Assembly: GCA_963705305.1 (NCBI GenBank)
Contig: OY970067.1
Coordinates: 4,416,001 to 4,480,000 of the forward strand
From: an uncultured Methylomirabilota bacterium
GTDB taxonomy: Bacteria > Methylomirabilota > Methylomirabilia > Methylomirabilales > 2-02-FULL-66-22
Length of the DNA: 64,000 nt
Direction of reading: 5' to 3'
Every line of letters starts with the position of its first letter. Position 1 is the first letter of the stretch. Position numbers and translations under genes: made by a program. A model generated the notes under the pieces. The model was given only the letters and a program-made list of their open reading frames with translations, did no database searches and was not told the DNA's origin. Below, in pieces: positions 61,704-64,000 of the stretch.

Positions 61704-63223
61704 CCCTAATCTCCGGCTAAGCGGTGGCCAGCCGGGCGATCTTGCGCCGCGCCCGGACGAGCAAGGCGTGCTGCAGGGCGCCCGAGAGCCGCAAGAGCGT
61801 CCGTCGGGCATGCGCGACGACCTTCCCGACGGTGTTGAACAGCAGGAACCGGAGACGCTTCGGCCGGGCGGTCCGGAGATCTCCGGGTAAGGTCAACCGC
61901 TTGAGCGCGGTGAGCAGGTTGTAGGTGAGCACGTTCAGCCGGAACCAGGCGGCGTTCGCCCCGAACTTCCCACTGGGCAGCGCGGCGGCCGCCAGCTCGG
62001 TCTTGAGGACGTGATGGGTGTGCTCGATGGTCCCTGCTTTCTCCCGGTGCCACCGGAGGATCGTGAGCCCATCCTCCGGCCGATTGGTGACCACGGCGAA
62101 GTACTGCACGCTACTCCCGTCGGCGAAGAGGCTCCCCTGGCGTCGCTGGATACGCACCGCGAGGTAGCGGCGAACGCACGGCCGCGCCTTCCGGTGATCG
62201 CCATCCTCGGGGACGTAGGGGACTTCGGCCCAGGCCCGGATCGCCTCGGGCTCCTCCCGCTCGAGCTGCCAGGCGGCCGCGGGGAGGCGCCGGATCTCGG
62301 CCTGGAGCTGCGCGGACATATCGGCGCTAATCGCGTAGGCGATTTTCTTCTCCTCGCACCAGCGGAGGACCTCCGTCTCGTAGAGGGCGCTGTCGGCCCG
62401 CAGGGAGATGCGGTCCACGCCCTGGGGCAAGTTGGCCACCGCCTGTTCGAGGACGCGCACGTTGCCGCACCCGGCGGGCACCTGGCCATCGCGGAACTGG
62501 TCGTGCACGATGACATCGTGCTCGGCCCAGAGGACCACGACGGGCTGGTAGCCCCGGGTCCCGTCGTAGGCCACGGTCGCCGCGTCCTTGTGGCTCTCGA
62601 CGAGCGTCGCGTCCACATCCAGGGTGGCCGTCGCCGCCCGGGCCCCGCGCTGGACGCCCGCGACCAGCGTCCGGTTCGCCTGTCCGAGGCCCGCCAAGGG
62701 GGCGGACTCCAGGGGGACCGTGGCCGCGGGCCCGGCCACCCAGAGCGGCCCGTCCTCCACGTGGAAGGCCTCGAGGAAGTCCCGGACCGTGGTCGCGGCC
62801 GGCAGGGGGTAGCCGAGCAGCGTGGCCAGGGCCTGATCCTCCCGGAGCGTCGTGAGGTCCTGGCAGCGGTCCCCGCCGCTCGTCCACAACGCGACGAGAC
62901 TCTCCACGAGCTGCGAGGGGGGTAATCCGCGCTGCCGCTGCTTGACCGCAACGTGGGTGTCGACGGCCTGGGCCACCCCGAGCTGGCGGAACAGCTCGAT
63001 CACGAGCGGGACCCCGGCCCGGCCCGTGACCAGCGTGGGGTCGATCGCGTCATCGATCTCGAACGGCAACCGGGGCGAGGTGTCGGGCATCGCTCTCCTC
63101 CTTGTGGTGTTTGCACCCACTGGGTGAAACCAAGCAAGGCCGATGCCAACCCCGCGGGCCGCGCGCACTGCGGGCCGCTGCGTGATTCGCGATCCCCCTC
63201 AACTTCTTAGCCGGAGATTAGGG
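61704..63223 (-). mobile_element. IS1380-family insertion sequence, 1520 bp
   Basis: 18-bp IR CCCTAATCTCCGGCTAAG; 5-bp target duplication CGACA at 61699-61703 and 63224-63228. Confidence 0.92.
61717..63090 (-). CDS. IS1380-family transposase
   Basis: LDVDAT, GYQP, RADSA, IE..H..LK, PSGKFGANAAW motifs; RBS AAGGAGGAG. Confidence 0.9.
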   Translation of the reverse strand: MPDTSPRLPFEIDDAIDPTLVTGRAGVPLVIELFRQLGVAQAVDTHVAVKQRQRGLPPSQLVESLVALWTSGGDRCQDLTTLREDQALATLLGYPLPAATTVRDFLEAFHVEDGPLWVAGPAATVPLESAPLAGLGQANRTLVAGVQRGARAATATLDVDATLVESHKDAATVAYDGTRGYQPVVVLWAEHDVIVHDQFRDGQVPAGCGNVRVLEQAVANLPQGVDRISLRADSALYETEVLRWCEEKKIAYAISADMSAQLQAEIRRLPAAAWQLEREEPEAIRAWAEVPYVPEDGDHRKARPCVRRYLAVRIQRRQGSLFADGSSVQYFAVVTNRPEDGLTILRWHREKAGTIEHTHHVLKTELAAAALPSGKFGANAAWFRLNVLTYNLLTALKRLTLPGDLRTARPKRLRFLLFNTVGKVVAHARRTLLRLSGALQHALLVRARRKIARLATA

Positions 63224-63794
63224 CGACACCGGTTCTCTTGCTCCGGGCCCTGCCGGACAGCGGGGTCGCCCCTCTCACCATCCGCTGGCAGGTCACGAGC
63301 CGGACGGCGCGCCCGATTATCCGGTACGAACTCGACGCGAACGGGACCGGCGCCTTCGGGACGCCGGTGGCCACGTTGGACGGCGTGCAGACAACGTACA
63401 CGATGCCGGGGTTCGTGCACCCGATCCTCCGCGCCACCGACGACCAGGGGACGGTGTACACGGTGACAACAGTCGTCCAGGTGCTGGATCCCACGGCGAC
63501 CGAGGTGGTGCTCCGAACCCGGTGGCGGGCGATCAAGGACGCTTTGCGGCACGGCGACATCCCCCATGCGCTTGGCGAGGTCTTCCCGGCGTCCCGCACC
63601 CGGTACCAGGCCATCTTCCAGGCGGTGCTCCCCGATCTCCCCGACATCGATAGCATCTTGACCGACATACGACTCATCGAAGTTCGAGGGAACGAGGCAA
63701 TCTGTGAAATGCTGCGAACGGACAACGGCGTCACCAAGTCGTTCGAGATCCGGTTCCGCAAAGACGAGGACGGAATATGGCGATTATGGATGTT

Positions 63795-64000
63795 TTGAAG
63801 AAGCCAGGACGAACGCGGTTGGCTCGGCTCGGGCGGCTCCTAGTGATCGCGCTGCTGATCGTCCCTGCCACAGCCTGTGCCACGAACAGCCACTGGCCCC
63901 CGCTCACCTCGCAGGTGGTGGACGCGGAGACGGGGCAGCCCCTGGAGGGAGCTGTAGTCCTCGCGTACTGGATGCGGTACGAGGCCACCTTGGCTGGTTG
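63795..64000 (+). CDS. Putative lipoprotein with a carboxypeptidase-regulatory-like N-terminal domain (runs off the window)
   Basis: TTG start overlaps the upstream TGA; MKKPGRTRLARLGRLLVIALLIVPATAC ATNSHWPPLTSQVVDAETGQPLEGAVVLAYW. Lipobox-like ATA-C. Confidence 0.7.
   Translation, partial: MKKPGRTRLARLGRLLVIALLIVPATACATNSHWPPLTSQVVDAETGQPLEGAVVLAYWMRYEATLAG

Larger units (their letters stand above)
56131..63798 (+). pseudogene. Giant surface protein (signal peptide, beta-helix-like repeats, 6 Kelch repeats, Ig-like stalk, IPT/TIG, C-terminal alpha/beta domain), disrupted by a frameshift near 56861 and by IS1380
   Basis: ORFs 56131, 56883 and 63238 join into about 2047 aa if one base is added near 56861 and the IS plus one TSD copy is removed (..EDATT|PVLLLRALPDSG..). 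Six H[TSA]ATLL.DG..L..GG repeats. Confidence 0.85.

Overview
GC-rich bacterial chromosome segment from a diderm. The gene order lysS-lolC/E-lolD-clpC-bamA-skp-lpxD-fabZ-lpxA-lpxI-gfo-lpxB resembles Methylomirabilota/Acidobacteria-type genomes (inference only). Four parts: (1) 1-8.7 kb housekeeping and metabolic genes (RNase Z-like, rhodanese, iorAB, metF, sugar-phosphate isomerase, DUF420, LeuA/homocitrate-synthase-like). (2) 8.8-23.7 kb, an apparently acquired catabolic cluster (SelA-like PLP enzyme, decayed ISNCY/IS481-like transposase, aminotransferase, NitT/TauT ABC transporter, maleate-isomerase/racemase, M24 hydrolase, amidohydrolase, DSD1-type aldolase, FAH protein) interrupted by a nested MITE/MITE/IS4 insertion. 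(3) 24-55.7 kb on the minus strand: class V aminotransferase, frameshifted metH, panE, Yip1, then a long LPS/outer-membrane biogenesis operon up to lysS. (4) 56-64 kb, a ~2050-aa beta-helix/Kelch/Ig surface protein broken by a frameshift and an IS1380 insertion, followed by a lipoprotein. The main unexplained structure is non-coding: palindromic 7/8/9-mer tandem-repeat cassettes and two MITE families at gene junctions with signs of shuffling between loci, an in-frame AT-rich patch inside waaF, and a ~200-nt structured RNA candidate at 23.7-23.9 kb. All coordinates and match counts were read by eye; no searches were run.
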